This document shows positions 44,818 to 57,720 of a stretch of 64,000 bases of DNA, one piece after another. The translations under genes and the position numbers were made by a program. Within the stretch, counting starts at the first letter, position 1. Each line of letters starts with the position of its first letter. This DNA comes from Eledone cirrhosa (lineage: Eukaryota), in assembly GCA_964016885.1 (NCBI GenBank), contig OZ024749.1:7564001-7628000 (forward strand), in the 5' to 3' direction. The notes beneath the pieces are model-generated. The model searched no databases and was not told the origin of the DNA. It worked only from the letters and a program-made list of their open reading frames with translations.

Positions 44818-45899
44818 GGGGGGGTGGGGGGGGGGGGGGGGGGTGAAGTGTTTGTGTGTGTGTGAAGCGTGTGTGTATGTGCGTTTATGTGTGTGTAAGT
44901 GTGTGCGTATGTATGTATGTGTGTGTGTGTATGTGTGAGTGTCTATCTTTTAATCTTTCTTCTTTCATCTATTCCTTCCCGACCACGTTTCTCGCTCATG
45001 AGAGTCACGTGACTCCTTTCAATGTCTATTGATACATTTTTTGTTATGTCGTATATATATATATTTATTTATTTATGTATTGATTGCGAAAAAATCTCTC
45101 ATATCGGAAACACGAAAGTCTTCTGGCCCACGATGAAAGAAGTGTTTCATAAAACATTTAATGCTAGAAAAAGAAACCAGAAAAAATACACAAATTTCTA
45201 CGCTAGGAAAGAACTCCAAGAACGAAGATAATAAAAAATGTCGAATAGGCTAATCAACAGAGGATTTTCTTTAGTAGAACTTCATCAGGTCTATGTTGCA
45301 TTGAAACATCTCGCAGAACTTCTACCATTCTTTAGCTTTGATTAAAACCTCAACAACTCCCATATTTAACTTTTAAATATTTGTCCCTCCCACACACGTA
45401 TTCACTATTTATCAAATGAGAGTTCAAATCACATAGAGGTCCTATTTGACATTCATCCTCTCGGAGTTTTGACTCAAATTTTACTCCAATTCAGAGTGGT
45501 GAGTTGGCTAATTATTAGATCGTTGAATGTGATGAATTGCTTTGGGTTCGGGTTTCAAATCAGGCTGCAGCCATGTTTGGCCGGGGATCGATAAATTAAA
45601 ATATCAGTACAAATAACAGACGTGTATTGAAGGTATTGCCAGATTTCTGAGTGTGATATCTTGCAGTATTTTCTCCCGCTCTTCGTGCGTGTTCTGACTT
45701 CAAGTCACACCGATTCCATAGTTGTCTTTTATTCTTTGGGGTGTCAATAAACTGTAGTGCCAATTAATGTTGAAACACTGGTAACGTTTATGGATCAACT
45801 AATTTCTTCTGGTATTTATTCCAGTTATTTTCGTTTTGTCTTCAAATATCGATGGGTCTATCTTGGGTATTATATTTAATTGGTCACTTAGTTGAACAA

Positions 45900-46360
45900 T
45901 TTAGTTTTCGTACCAAGCCTTACCTATGATCACGTATCTTGGGTAATGACTGACAGAGTACGATCACGAATACAAGCGGCCGAAATGGGATTCCTCCGAC
46001 GAATCTTTGGAGTAACGTTACTCTATAAAGTGCGTAATTCAGAGATGAGAAACTCCCTCCAGGTAGAGCTGCTACTTCTCCGAATTGAGAAATCACAGCT
46101 CCAGTGCTATGGCCATGTGAGTAGAATGTCTATGGAAAGAATCGCTGGACAGATTTTATGGGCAATACTGGCAGGAGACCCAGGGGTAGACCCCGAGCAA
46201 GATGTTTGGATAAAATCCATGAGCTTGGCTGTCCAAGCTTGGGGATCCAGCCGGATCAATTGGAGACGGTTGCTGCTGATAGGACTCGCTGGAAGGAGTG
46301 TTTGAGGACTCTTCCCCCACCCCCAGGATCTTCTTAGGAATATGTGAACGAAGAAGACGA
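45900..46360 (+). mobile_element. RTE-clade LINE 3' fragment
   Basis: PSLTYDHVSWVMTDRVRSRIQAAEMGFLRRIFGVTL..KVRNSEMR..L..ELLLLRIEKSQL..YGHVSRM. Frameshifted before the GRPR motif. Confidence 0.88.
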
Positions 46361-46559
46361 AGAAAAATTCGAAGTTGATCAGCACCACGTGGCCCTAAAC
46401 TAACTTTAACAGACTTGCAAATATTTTGTTATAGCTTCAACTTTATCTCCCAGGAATCTCAGAAAACATGTACTGAGTCGTGCGCACTTCCTTTTCCTTC
46501 TTCAGTTAATACTTCTTTATTTCAAACATTAGAACGAGGCCAGTAATACAGAGGATGGG

Positions 46560-47381
46560 AAAGCTGATTGTATCGACCACAGTAATTAATTGATAGTTTA
46601 TTTTATCGATACCAGAAGAATGAAAAGCAAGGTTGACCAAGACAGAATTTGAACCACAAACATAAAAACCATAACCATGTACCGCAAACAATTTGTCTGA
46701 CGCTCTACTGATTCCACCACACTTTAAGGAGTTAAATAAGTGGTTCTACTTTTGACACGAGGCCAGCAATTTGAAGGGAAGGAGAACGATGATTAAACTG
46801 ACACCCAGTACGTTGCTGCTACTTTATTTTAATGACCCCTTAAGGATGAAAAGCAAAGCTAACCACGGTGTGATTTGAACTGAGAACGTAAAAACTCACA
46901 CTTAAATACCACAAAGCGTTTCGTCCGGCGCTCTACCCAATTTTAAATAAGTGTTTCTACATTTCACACGAGGCCAGCGATTTGAAGAGAAGGGGAATGA
47001 TGATTAAATCGACTCCAGTACATTACTGGTGCTATATTTGATTGACCCCTTAAGGATGGAAGGCAAAGCTAACTTCGGCGGGATTTGAACTCAGAACGTA
47101 AAGGACCGTAACTCTATGCTGAAAACAGTGATGTCCAACGTTCTACCGATACTGCCAATTCCCCACCATTAACGTGCTAAATAATTGTTTCTACTTTAGG
47201 CACAAGGCCAGCAATATCCAGTGCATTACTGATACTTTATTTTATCGACCCCGTAAGGATGAAAGGCAAAGTTAACCTCGGCGGGATTTGAACTCAGATC
47301 GTAAAGGGACGTAACTATGCTGGAAAGCATGGCGTCCGACCGTCTACTGATACTGCCAATCCAATTAACGTGCTAAATAAT
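46560..47381 (-). mobile_element. Head-to-tail cluster of about 4 SINE copies of decreasing divergence
   Basis: Copies at about 46575-46720, 46740-46940, 46950-47165 and 47182-47363. The last has TSD ATTAACGTGCTAAATAAT (47168-47185, 47364-47381). Confidence 0.85.
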
Positions 47382-47716
47382 AATTTCCATTCAGTTCAAC
47401 AATAAACTACACAAAGGCGAAGAACTGTCTCTGTCAAGAAGGCGACATATCTTTGTAATATCGAAGTAAAGTGACAATATTCAAACGAACACAACATTTC
47501 TGTTAACGGTTGGGTCTAAAGATATTTGGAGTCAAATAAATGCTATAAGAGCTGGAATTATATTTATAATTAATTTTTCTGTTTGACATAATGAGTTATG
47601 ACATCTGTATACATTTTAAGCAATGTTCTATTGTAGAAAATGGCGGATTAGTTATAAAAACAATCATGAAATGTAATATTGAAGAGAGTCTGTATGATAT
47701 TATGTGTATGAATTAT

Positions 47717-47910
47717 AGGGCGGTGGATTGGCAGTATCGGTAGAGGATCGGACGCCATGATTTTCAGCAAAGAGTTACGGCCCTTTATGGTCTGAATTCA
47801 AATCCCGCCGAGGTTAACTTTGCCTTTCATTCTTACGGGGTCGATAAAATAAAGTACCAGTAATACACTGGTATAACTGCTGGCCTTGTGCCAAAAGTAG
47901 AAACAATTAT
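47717..47910 (+). mobile_element. Full-length tRNA-derived SINE
   Basis: Family head, core and tail, with TSD-like ATTATGTGTA(T/G)GAATTAT on both sides. Confidence 0.9.
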
Positions 47911-48495
47911 GTGTAGGAATTATTATAGGTAGTACCATCGTAATTCAACTAGTTCAGTATTTAATGATTTGCAGTGAACAAACACTCGGCAGGAGTTCGG
48001 CTCTATCAGTTTATGACTTTCTGAATTAGACAAACCAGAATAATAGAGGTCAAATATATATACACTCCCCTCTCAAACTATATATGAAAGTTACCTTCGT
48101 GTATACACACATAAACATACTCATATTTCCACACACACACACATACACATACACACAAACATATCCCTCCTCCATATATCTATGTGTGTGCTTGTGTGAG
48201 AGAGAGAGAGAAAAAGAGATAGAGGAAGAGAAAGAGAGAGAGAAGGGAGACGAGAAAGAGAAAGATAGGTAGATAGATAGAGAGAGAGATAGGACGAGAG
48301 TCTTATAGTTTTCAGAAGGTGTGGTCGAATATGTAAAGGTGATAGGCTTTAGAATCAGCTACAATGGAAATCTGTAGGTAAATATTGTATTGAGGTAACA
48401 AGATAGAATAAGGAAGGAGAGATTAGGAATTCATCAGTTTTAAACTAGTAAGACCGTTATTCAACAGAATAGTTTAGTGGAATAGTAGAATATAT

Positions 48496-49203
48496 GTATG
48501 GCTCTTATGTATTTGATATATATTTATCCTTATCGAGCCCTCTTTGGATTTTAGTCTTCACATTTATTATTATTACTATATATAAGGGCGGTGGATTGGC
48601 AGTATCGGTAGAGGGTCGGACGCCATGCTTTCCAGCATAGTTACGTCCCTTTACGATCTGAGTTCAAATCCCACCGAGGTTGATTTTTGCCTTTCATCCT
48701 TACGGGGGTCGATAAAATAAAGTACCAGTAATGCACTGGGTAATTGCTGGCCTTGTGCCTAAAGTAGAAACAATTATTACTATATATAAACATATATATA
48801 TATATAGTAGTGAGTCAGAGCTGTCGGCTGAGCTCTTGCTTCGACAGCAAATTCCTAACTGGAATTTACTGTCGAAATGAGGAGAGCTCAGCTGTCGGCT
48901 ATGACTCACTACTATATATATATATATTTATATATAGTAATAATTGTTTCTACTTTTGGCACAGGGCCAGCAATTATCCCAGTATATTACTGGTACTTTA
49001 TTTTATCGACCTCGTAAGGATGAAAGGCAAAGTTAACCTCGGCGGGATTTTAACTCAGAATGGCAAGGGCCGTAACTCTATGCTTGGCGTCCGACCCTCT
49101 ACCGATACTGCCAATCCACATAGTAATAATAATAAATGTGAAGACTAAAATCCAAAGAGGGCTCAATAAGGATAAATATATATCAAATACATAAGAACCA
49201 TAC
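48496..49203. repeat. About 700-bp nested palindrome: outer arms, one SINE per arm, central half-hammerhead hairpin
   Basis: 48496-48578 is the reverse complement of 49121-49203. SINEs at 48586-48776 (+) and 48940-49119 (-). Centre GACAGCAAATTCC-TAACT-GGAATTTACTGTC-GAAA. Confidence 0.88.
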
Positions 49204-50075
49204 AGCAAATATTTATTAAAATAACAGATTAAAGTTTAAGCAAAGAATCGCTCCTTTTCACTCTTAACTGGTTGTGATACGGTGATGTATTTATGTTTAG
49301 AATTTGGTGCTATGTTGCGTGTAGGTGGGGCGAATTCCCTAGAGGTATTTCTGTGGTTGATCTTGTGTATGTGGGATTCTATATTTGCAGCTGTAGAATA
49401 TGAGAGTTTTATAGTTTTTCTATTGAGGATTTTATGATATCTATGTGATATAGGGAAGTGCTTATCTATTAGTTTAAAAAACCGTAGAAGGCAGTCTAGT
49501 TTTTACAGAGGAGTTGAAGATTGGATTAAACCACAGGTATTCTCTTTCTCTAATTCTTCTATGGTGTCTAGGGTTTACATTATTCGTGTTTGGACCACCT
49601 ACTCTAGGTGCTATTTGCCTACCTCTATATCTAGTCCGGTTACCTCTATTTTTGTGTGAGCGGTTGGTGTCAGTGTTAGTGGGTTTGTTTGTGTTGTCCA
49701 TATCCGTTATAAACTGTAGCTTTTCTTTGTGTCCGGCCCTATGTAATGACGCTTTATAATAGTTAGCATGCTCATTAAAAATGTCTAGGTTTGAGGATAA
49801 GCGGGATATTCTAAGGGATATACTACGTGCTATGGATCCGATTATGGATCGGGGGTGGTTTGAGTTATAACTAATGTAGGCTAGATTTTCATTATTTTTG
49901 TGGAAGGGTTTTATTAATCCCGTATTTAGATTTAGGGTCACATCTAGAAAGTTTGCCTTTTATGATTCAGTTCGTAGGTAATACTTAGGCCTAGTTTTTT
50001 GAAGAATGTTCTAATGTTTTTTTATTAATCATTCTATACTCTGGTTATTTAAGTTGCTAGCTATAAGGAGCGTGC
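49204..50075 (-). mobile_element. Degenerate PLE RT thumb/linker fragment (YRDD lineage)
   Basis: NFLDVTLNLNTG...SNHPRSII...RISRLSSN...WFNPIF, then IKLSYSTA after a frameshift. Confidence 0.85.
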
Positions 50076-50195
50076 ATCACTATGGAAACGTCATGTTGAG
50101 TCAAACTTAGCCAAGCGTTAATACTATCCACTTCTCGGAGTACCCTGACTGGACTACATCTAAGTGGACTACCTATAACAATAATTTGTTATCCC

Positions 50196-50239
<44 letters not shown>

Positions 50240-50245
<6 letters not shown>

Positions 50246-51797
50246 ATACTTGGGGAGGGTCATATTTGCGTAATATTGCCAGAATTAATAACAGAACACA
50301 CTCACTGTTTGGTTGGTTTTCGCTTCTCGCTGTCTTTTATATCTGCGATCTAACTTACTCGGTCCTCAATGTTGCCATTGACTGACCGGCGGTCAAAAAT
50401 AATACAGATACAATATAGACACAAACACATATATATAGTTTACATAAGTTACATAAATCTTTCGTTGCACATCTGCAACATCGTCAGTGGTGTTATATTC
50501 TTTGTTCCTCCTGTTGTGTTGTATGTCTACGCCATTTTTTATTCAGTCTGTCTATATATTTATTTATTTATTTGCTTGTTTGTTTATCTTATTTTATTTT
50601 GTCTTCTTTGCGCATGCGTTTGCGTGTGTGCATAGTGTTATGTGTGCTGTGTGACTAGTGTGTATAGTGTTGTGTCTGCTGGGTCACTAGTGTGTGTTTA
50701 TGTGCTTGTTGTTATCGTGCTTGTGTACGTATTTATTTATCTTATTTTATTTTATTTTATTTACTTATTTATACTTCTCTTAGGTCAATGTTGTTTGTTT
50801 GGGTGTTGTTGTTGTTCCACTCATTCTTTCTGTTTAGCTTTGGTCTTCTAATTTCTATTTCACTGGCCTCTCTGATTTGCCTATCTGCTGGGTCATTCCT
50901 ATGTTTAGATATTATTCTAATTTCTATGTTGTCTATGTTACCGTCATGTTGTTGTCTAGCATGTTCATATAGTACTGACCCGTTTTTTCGTCCTTTTAGT
51001 TCCCCCCAGTGTTGGTCTATCCTTTCACCTATGCTACGAGCTGTCTCACCTATGTATGTTGTTGTCATGTTTCTGCAAGTACCCTCTGTACATCTTATGC
51101 TATAGACTACGTTTCTAGTTTTACAGTTTATCCGGGGGTTCACCTTACATATGATACATTTCCTATTGGTACAGTGGGTTTTCTTAAAAGGGTAGGTTTT
51201 GCTGATCAGGGATTTTATGGTGGTTCCTGGCTTTTCTACCACCTTTATTTTTAAGTGGGTCTTTCTCAGGGCCTTTCTACACTGGTTAGCTAATTTCCCT
51301 CCAGGGGTGGCGTCCACAAACATGACACTCTGATATCTCTGGTTGTCGTACCATGATGTGGCCTTCCCTATCTTATGCCTAGCCCTATCTAAGCTATTCC
51401 ATGATTTGCTCCTGTATAGTGGGCAAATTCCTTTCATGTCCAGTTCTATGAGGGTCTTATACTTTTCCATGGCTCCTTCGTATACTCTGACTCTGTCTCT
51501 TTGGTTGTAGCCAGAGAACTGCATGCGGTTGATGAAGTGTTGGATGTGTCTTTCCATTTCTGTTGGGTCGCACATGCTGGACACATTCTTCATCACTCGT
51601 ACCAAATCTGCGATCAGAATATTAAACTTAGCACTACTGGACATTGCTGGACATTGCTGGACATTGCTGAGTTTTTGAGTATCAGGTATTTGGAGGCCAT
51701 GGGTTTAGCATAGTGTGAGTGGAGAATTTGGGCTCTCTCGTCTATAGTGTTAATCCAGAGTTCTGTGTCTAATACCGGTAGTCTATTGTTAGGGTGT
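50240..51797 (-). mobile_element. 5'-truncated PLE (YVDD lineage) with GIY-YIG and degenerate HHR (about 50450-50491)
   Basis: ORF 50769-51644. Reverse complement CTGACGA-T-GTTGCA-GATG-TGCAAC-GAAAG. Family terminus at 50240. Confidence 0.9.
50769..51644 (-). CDS. PLE thumb/linker + GIY-YIG endonuclease
   Basis: MQFSGY, VMFVDATPGGKLA, KVVEKPG, CTNRKCIIC, VVYSIRC...TYIGETARSIGERIDQH, RQIREA, LNRKNEW. Confidence 0.88.
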   Translation of the reverse strand: MSSSAKFNILIADLVRVMKNVSSMCDPTEMERHIQHFINRMQFSGYNQRDRVRVYEGAMEKYKTLIELDMKGICPLYRSKSWNSLDRARHKIGKATSWYDNQRYQSVMFVDATPGGKLANQCRKALRKTHLKIKVVEKPGTTIKSLISKTYPFKKTHCTNRKCIICKVNPRINCKTRNVVYSIRCTEGTCRNMTTTYIGETARSIGERIDQHWGELKGRKNGSVLYEHARQQHDGNIDNIEIRIISKHRNDPADRQIREASEIEIRRPKLNRKNEWNNNNTQTNNIDLREV

Positions 51798-52279
51798 TAT
51801 ATGTATATATATATATATATATATACATACATATAAATATACATCAAGAGAAAGGATAAAATCATATTCAAGTATATATGTATCGATTATTTGATTGATT
51901 TACAAATTTCCTGAGACGTCTCATAACCATTTCTTTCCCACTGAACACGTGGCTGTGAGTGTTTGTGCACGCGGGGAGGTTTCAATATAAGCAAAAAAAA
52001 TTATTTTTTTTATTGAAGTATTATCAAAGAATTTAATAAGTCCAGTGAAATTTGATATAAAGTTGCAGACATTTAATATCGGGAAACATATTGTTGGAGA
52101 AATAAAAGAAGAGAAGAAAATATATATACGCCATGTGTAGTTTTTCGAAAGAAAAATGTAAAGAAATTGTCTAAACTTTTTAACTGCTGACTACAACAGC
52201 ATTTATTTGATCTGACATGTCTATATTTTGCTTAAATATAGTATTTGTAAACTACTCACGTTGTATGTATGTGTGCGTG

Positions 52280-52334
<55 letters not shown>

Positions 52335-52339
<5 letters not shown>

Positions 52340-52530
52340 AACGAGTAGGACCACGACGGCTGAGCTCAAGCCGTTTCGGCGGCTAATTCTGGACAGAATT
52401 AGCCGTCGAAACGGCTTGAGCTCAACCGTTGGGGTCCTACTCGTTCCTATTACCCACTCTACTACCCTAAGTATTGAGTACTTTGGTGCGTTGTGGTCCA
52501 CCTGGTTCCTTGCCAAATTTCCTCCGTTAT
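52335..52530 (+). mobile_element. PLE-type 3' end with half-hammerhead hairpin (52335-52450)
   Basis: GGCGGCTAATTCTG-GA-CAGAATTAGCCGTC-GAAAC-GGCTTGAGCTCAACC-GTT-GGGG with a mirrored left arm. Confidence 0.82.
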
Positions 52531-52598
52531 ATATATATATATATATATATTTATTTATATGTGTATATATATATATGTATATATATATATATTTATAT

Positions 52599-52629
<31 letters not shown>

Positions 52630-52687
52630 CATATATGTGTGTGTGTGTGTATAGTTATATACATGTGTGTGTGTGTATATATATATT

Positions 52688-52720
<33 letters not shown>

Positions 52721-52757
52721 ATATATTTATATATATATAAATAAATATATATATATA

Positions 52758-52788
<31 letters not shown>

Positions 52789-53256
52789 GGGGCGGTGTAC
52801 CAGCATGGCCTCAGCAGGGTGGCTGGAACAGGTAAAAGAGTAAACGAGTATATACATATGTCTGTATATATGCATGTGTGTGTGCCTATGTGTATATTCA
52901 CACACACACACAGATACACTTATATACATATATCTATAAGAATATGTGCGTAATTTCAAGAAAAGTCCGGTGGCTAAATTCTTAGAATACGAATTTAAAA
53001 TAGGGTGAGGCATAGGAGAGGATTATATGCGACAAACACCTAAGAAAGTACATAAATAAATAATACACGAGGGAATAAGTTACCTCGTGTGTCAGTCGTT
53101 CAAAGTAGCGGTTGTTATTCTTGGTGTCACACTTTTAAACTGTTATGTTTACTCTGGACAATAATGTATTAACATATCGCTCTATCGATTAGTACCGGTT
53201 ATATCGCAGCTACAACTTCGATTTATACCTTATATCATGTATATATATATATATAT

Positions 53257-55515
53257 ATTGTTATGCTTTGGGAGGGTCATGTTGCCAATAAGAAACACAC
53301 GCACCAGTTGGTTTCACTCCAATTTATTATAAATTAAATGTATAAATTTAAGAATTTATAAATTTCCGGTTGGTTGGTTGGTTGGTTCCATAAGCGGACG
53401 GTTGTTCATATATTGTCAAAGTTATTTCGTCACACATTCTGTGACCTCTTCAGTGACTGGGGATTCTTTTCTATGGATGTTGTGTCCCTATATCCATCCA
53501 TTGACGTGGATTTTACTTTGGAGAAATGCGTAGAAATGATCAGTGAGAGCAATGTTGAATTCAGTGGGATTGATACCAGTGAGCTGGTACTCCTACTTAA
53601 ACTTACCTATAGTAATGATTATCTAGATAGAAATGACCTTAGCAACCTGTGCCCTACAAGACCAGCAAGAGGCAGATCACCTACCATTACCTCAATGGCC
53701 AAGAAAACCCACACAGAAAGATGTAACGGGTGGACCAGAGCCATACGGACCCCGAAAACGACGATGAACTAAAGAAAATGATTGCACATGCAGTGGGGGC
53801 CAGTATAAAACTAACCCTTAAGGAACTTAATTTAATGGAAAAAAAATATGCCCAAGAGGAGGGAGCAGCCATTGGTGTTAGCATTGCAGGTGACATAGCT
53901 AACCTATTCATGGTATGGTGGGACAATAAACTTAAACTTAAACTTAAAGAACAATTAGAAGACCCCTTAACCCTGATAATGTACTCCCGCTACGTTGATG
54001 ATATAAACATCGTAGTAAAAACACCCCCACTAGAGAACAGTCAAGAATTAGAGAAAAACACCATGGAAAGCATCCAGCAAATAGCTAACTCCATCCACCA
54101 GAGTATTAGTGTTACTATAGACTACCCAAGCAAACGCCCCAACCATTTATTACCTGTACTAGACACAGAGCTCTGATTAGAAACCATTAATAACAAAAAA
54201 CAAATCCTCTATTCCCTTTATGCCAAATCCATGACTTCCAAATATCTGATCCACCGAAACTCAGCTGTTTCGGACCATACCAAAATCTCCATACTGATTG
54301 CGGATTTGGTACGGGTGATGAGAAACGTGTCCCGCATGTGCAACTCCAAAGAACTAGAGAGACACATAGAACACTTCATCCACCGTATGCAGTTCTCTGG
54401 TTACAATCAGAGAGATAAAATCAGAGTGTATAGAGGAGCCAGAACCAAATGGGAAAAATGGTAAATAATGACACAAATGGGACCTGCCCCTTGTATAGTT
54501 GCAAATTTTGGAATAGAATAGAAAGAACTAGGAATAAGGTTAATAGAATAAACTCATGGTATGATAGCAATAAATACCAGTGTAATGTTAATCAATACAA
54601 CCCCTAGAGGTCAATTAGCTTACAAATTTAGAAGGGCCCTAGATAAACATAAACTTAATATTAAGATAGTAGAAAGACCAGGTACCTCCATAAAAACACT
54701 TATTAGCAATACATACCCTTTTCAAAGACCTCCCTGTATAAATAAGAAATGCATAATCTGTAAACTAAGCCCCCATAGTAACTGTAAAACTAGAAATGTA
54801 GTATATAACATGAGATGTACTGAAGGACAATGTAAAGATAATAATATAGTGTACATAGGTGAGGCAGTTCGTAGTGTAGGGGAACGGATAAATGAACACT
54901 GGCGAGAGCTTCAAGATAGAAAAGAATCATCTGTACTCCACCAACATGCTAAAATAGAATATAAGGGCAAATTAGAGAACATAGAAATAAAAATAGAATC
55001 TACACACAGAAAAGACGCAATGTTTAGACAAATCACAGAGGCAATAAATATAAATGAACTCCAACCAAAATTAAATAGAAAACATGAATGGAATAGCAAC
55101 ATCACAACTTACAATTAAGGACAACATGTAAACACACACACACATAGAACAAACAACCAACCAATAACATGTAAATAAACAAAGAAATAAAGAAATAAAA
55201 ACACACACAGACACCCGGATGTAACACGTGCGCAAACTAAGCACACAACACACACAAAAACAAGAAGGCGTAGGACAGAACAAAGGAGAGGCACAAAACA
55301 AAGAAAAGAATCCCCAGTCACTGAAGAGGTCACATAATGTGTGACGAAAGAACTTTGACAATATATGAACAACCTTCCGGTTATGTAACCAACCAACCAA
55401 CCTGAAATTTATAAATTCTTAAATTTATAAATTTAATTTATAATAAATAGGAGTGAAAGAAACTGGTGCGTGTGTTTCTTATTGGCAACATGACCTTCCC
55501 AAAGTATAACAATAT
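53257..55515 (+). mobile_element. PLE (YVDD lineage), frameshifted RT + GIY-YIG, with inverted 3'-end copy at its 5' side
   Basis: 53257-53472 is the reverse complement of about 55302-55515. Motifs MDVVSLYPSI, GAAIGVSIAGDIANLFM, RYVDDI, LPVLD, MQFSGY, VVY..YIGE are split over ORFs 53374-53772, 53730-54176, 54231-54464 and 54561-55118. Confidence 0.93.
55317..55359 (+). ncRNA. Type-I hammerhead (mirror copy 53415-53457, minus strand)
   Basis: GTCA-CTGAAGA-G-GTCACA-TAATG-TGTGAC-GAAAG-AA-CTT-TGAC. Confidence 0.8.
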
Positions 55516-55622
55516 CGGTTTCAACACACGTTTTCAGATAAAGAATCTTGCTTAACAAATTCAGAAAAGAAATATATATATATGTATATATGTATATATA
55601 TATATATATATCTATCTATGTA

Positions 55623-55665
<43 letters not shown>

Positions 55666-56389
55666 GTATATATATATATATAACAGAGTATTTCCCTGAA
55701 GCCTAGGAATCTTTACCCTTTTTTATAAATTATAAATTATCGTGTTCGACTATTATTATTGTCATTTGTGGTGTGATGTATACATTGCACCTCTACATAC
55801 ACATATACACAGACAAACATGCACAGACACAACACACCTACACACACACACCCATACATCTACACATACACACACACATATTATATATATATTTACAAGG
55901 CCACAATGGTGATTAGTTCCTCTTGTGTATTGCTAAAATACGTTGGTAGCCGTTCGGTGAACAATCAAAATGGCCACCTCAGTGCCTCGTTTTGAATCAT
56001 ATGCTCTGTATATTTTACCGTTTACATCATTGTTGCGGCAATTGGGGATTTGAAAGTGTTTCGAATTCCTCTTATTGGTATTGTTGTTTAACCACAAGGC
56101 TGATGGGATCGAGCAAACATATAGTTAGCCGTGATCAGGCTGAATATGAGGTAGATCTTATCGAAAATCATATAATACTACGTATCATTTCTCTTCTAAG
56201 ATGTTATGGTATATTTAGAAGAAGGGTTGGCTGCTGCTTCTAGCTCGTTTAACAGCCGTGTTGAGCCTTTTTATATGATTAAGCTTCAGCCATGCACTTT
56301 TCTATTAAATACTTAAAACCCAGAGAGAAAGTTTGCAACCTTTATATTTGCATTAACTTTTGTACGTTCAATGGGAGATTCTCATTTCG

Positions 56390-56535
56390 TGTAATATATA
56401 TGTAATGTGTTTGTAATATATATGTAATGTGTTTGTAATATATATGTAATGTGTTTGTAATATATATGTAATGTGTTTGTCATATATATGTAATGTGTTT
56501 GTAATATATATGTAATGTGTTTGTAATATATCTGT
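56390..56535. repeat. 22-bp tandem repeat, about 6 copies
   Basis: GTAATATATATGTAATGTGTTT repeated. Confidence 0.92.
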
Positions 56536-56892
56536 AAAACGTTATTAATGCTTGCTCATGGGATGTTGTAACGCTTGCTGAGTTCACTATTTATGAGGTT
56601 CTGATTCTGCAGTGCTTTAGCCAAAGTACAGTTAGTTGATGTTAAAATCCTTTTATGCAGTGTTTGTTTGAATTCACCGGGCCTTTGCGGGTTTGGATGG
56701 AAGGAGGGTTTTGTATTTACAGTTTATGGCTTCGCTATTCGCATGAGGTTTAGCATTCTCTAAAGCGGCAATATCAAACATTACTAATAAACAGGTAATA
56801 ACCACTTAAGCCAGAAACTAAACATGGCAACTTCTAGAAACGTCCATTGAACGACATACAAACATTATTTCTGAGCAAAATATGAATGACTG

Positions 56893-56894
<2 letters not shown>

Positions 56895-56962
<68 letters not shown>

Positions 56963-57267
56963 GTATGTATGTATGTATGTGTATATATATGTATGTAAGT
57001 ATGTTTGTGTATATATATGTATGTATGTATGTATGTTTGTGTATATATATGTATGTATGTATGTTTGTGTATATATATATATATGTATGTATGTATGTTT
57101 GTGTATATATATATGTATGTATGTTTGTGTATATATATATGTATGTATGTTTGTGTATATATATATATATATGTATGTATGTTTGTGTATATATATGTAT
57201 GTTTGTGTGTGTATATATATATATGTATGTATGTATGTTTGTGTATATATATATATGTATGTATGTA

Positions 57268-57322
<55 letters not shown>

Positions 57323-57351
57323 TTGTGTATATATATATATATATGTATGTT

Positions 57352-57390
<39 letters not shown>

Positions 57391-57423
57391 TTGTGTATAT
57401 ATATATATATATATATGTATGTT

Positions 57424-57484
<61 letters not shown>

Positions 57485-57515
57485 TTGTGTATATATATAT
57501 ATATATATGTATGTT

Positions 57516-57570
<55 letters not shown>

Positions 57571-57620
57571 ATGTTTGTGTATATATATATATGTGTATAT
57601 ATATATATGTGTATGTGTAT

Positions 57621-57692
<72 letters not shown>

Positions 57693-57720
57693 GTATTTAT
57701 GTATTTAATATATGTATATA
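56895..57720. repeat. (TA)n array punctuated by TATGTTTGTG
   Basis: Seen directly. Confidence 0.92.

Noticed and set aside
45140-45292. CTGATGA (minus strand) with distant GAAA; similar partial matches at about 44515-44565 and 59571-59610
   Set aside because: The stems cannot be assembled convincingly, and chance matches are expected in AT-rich DNA.
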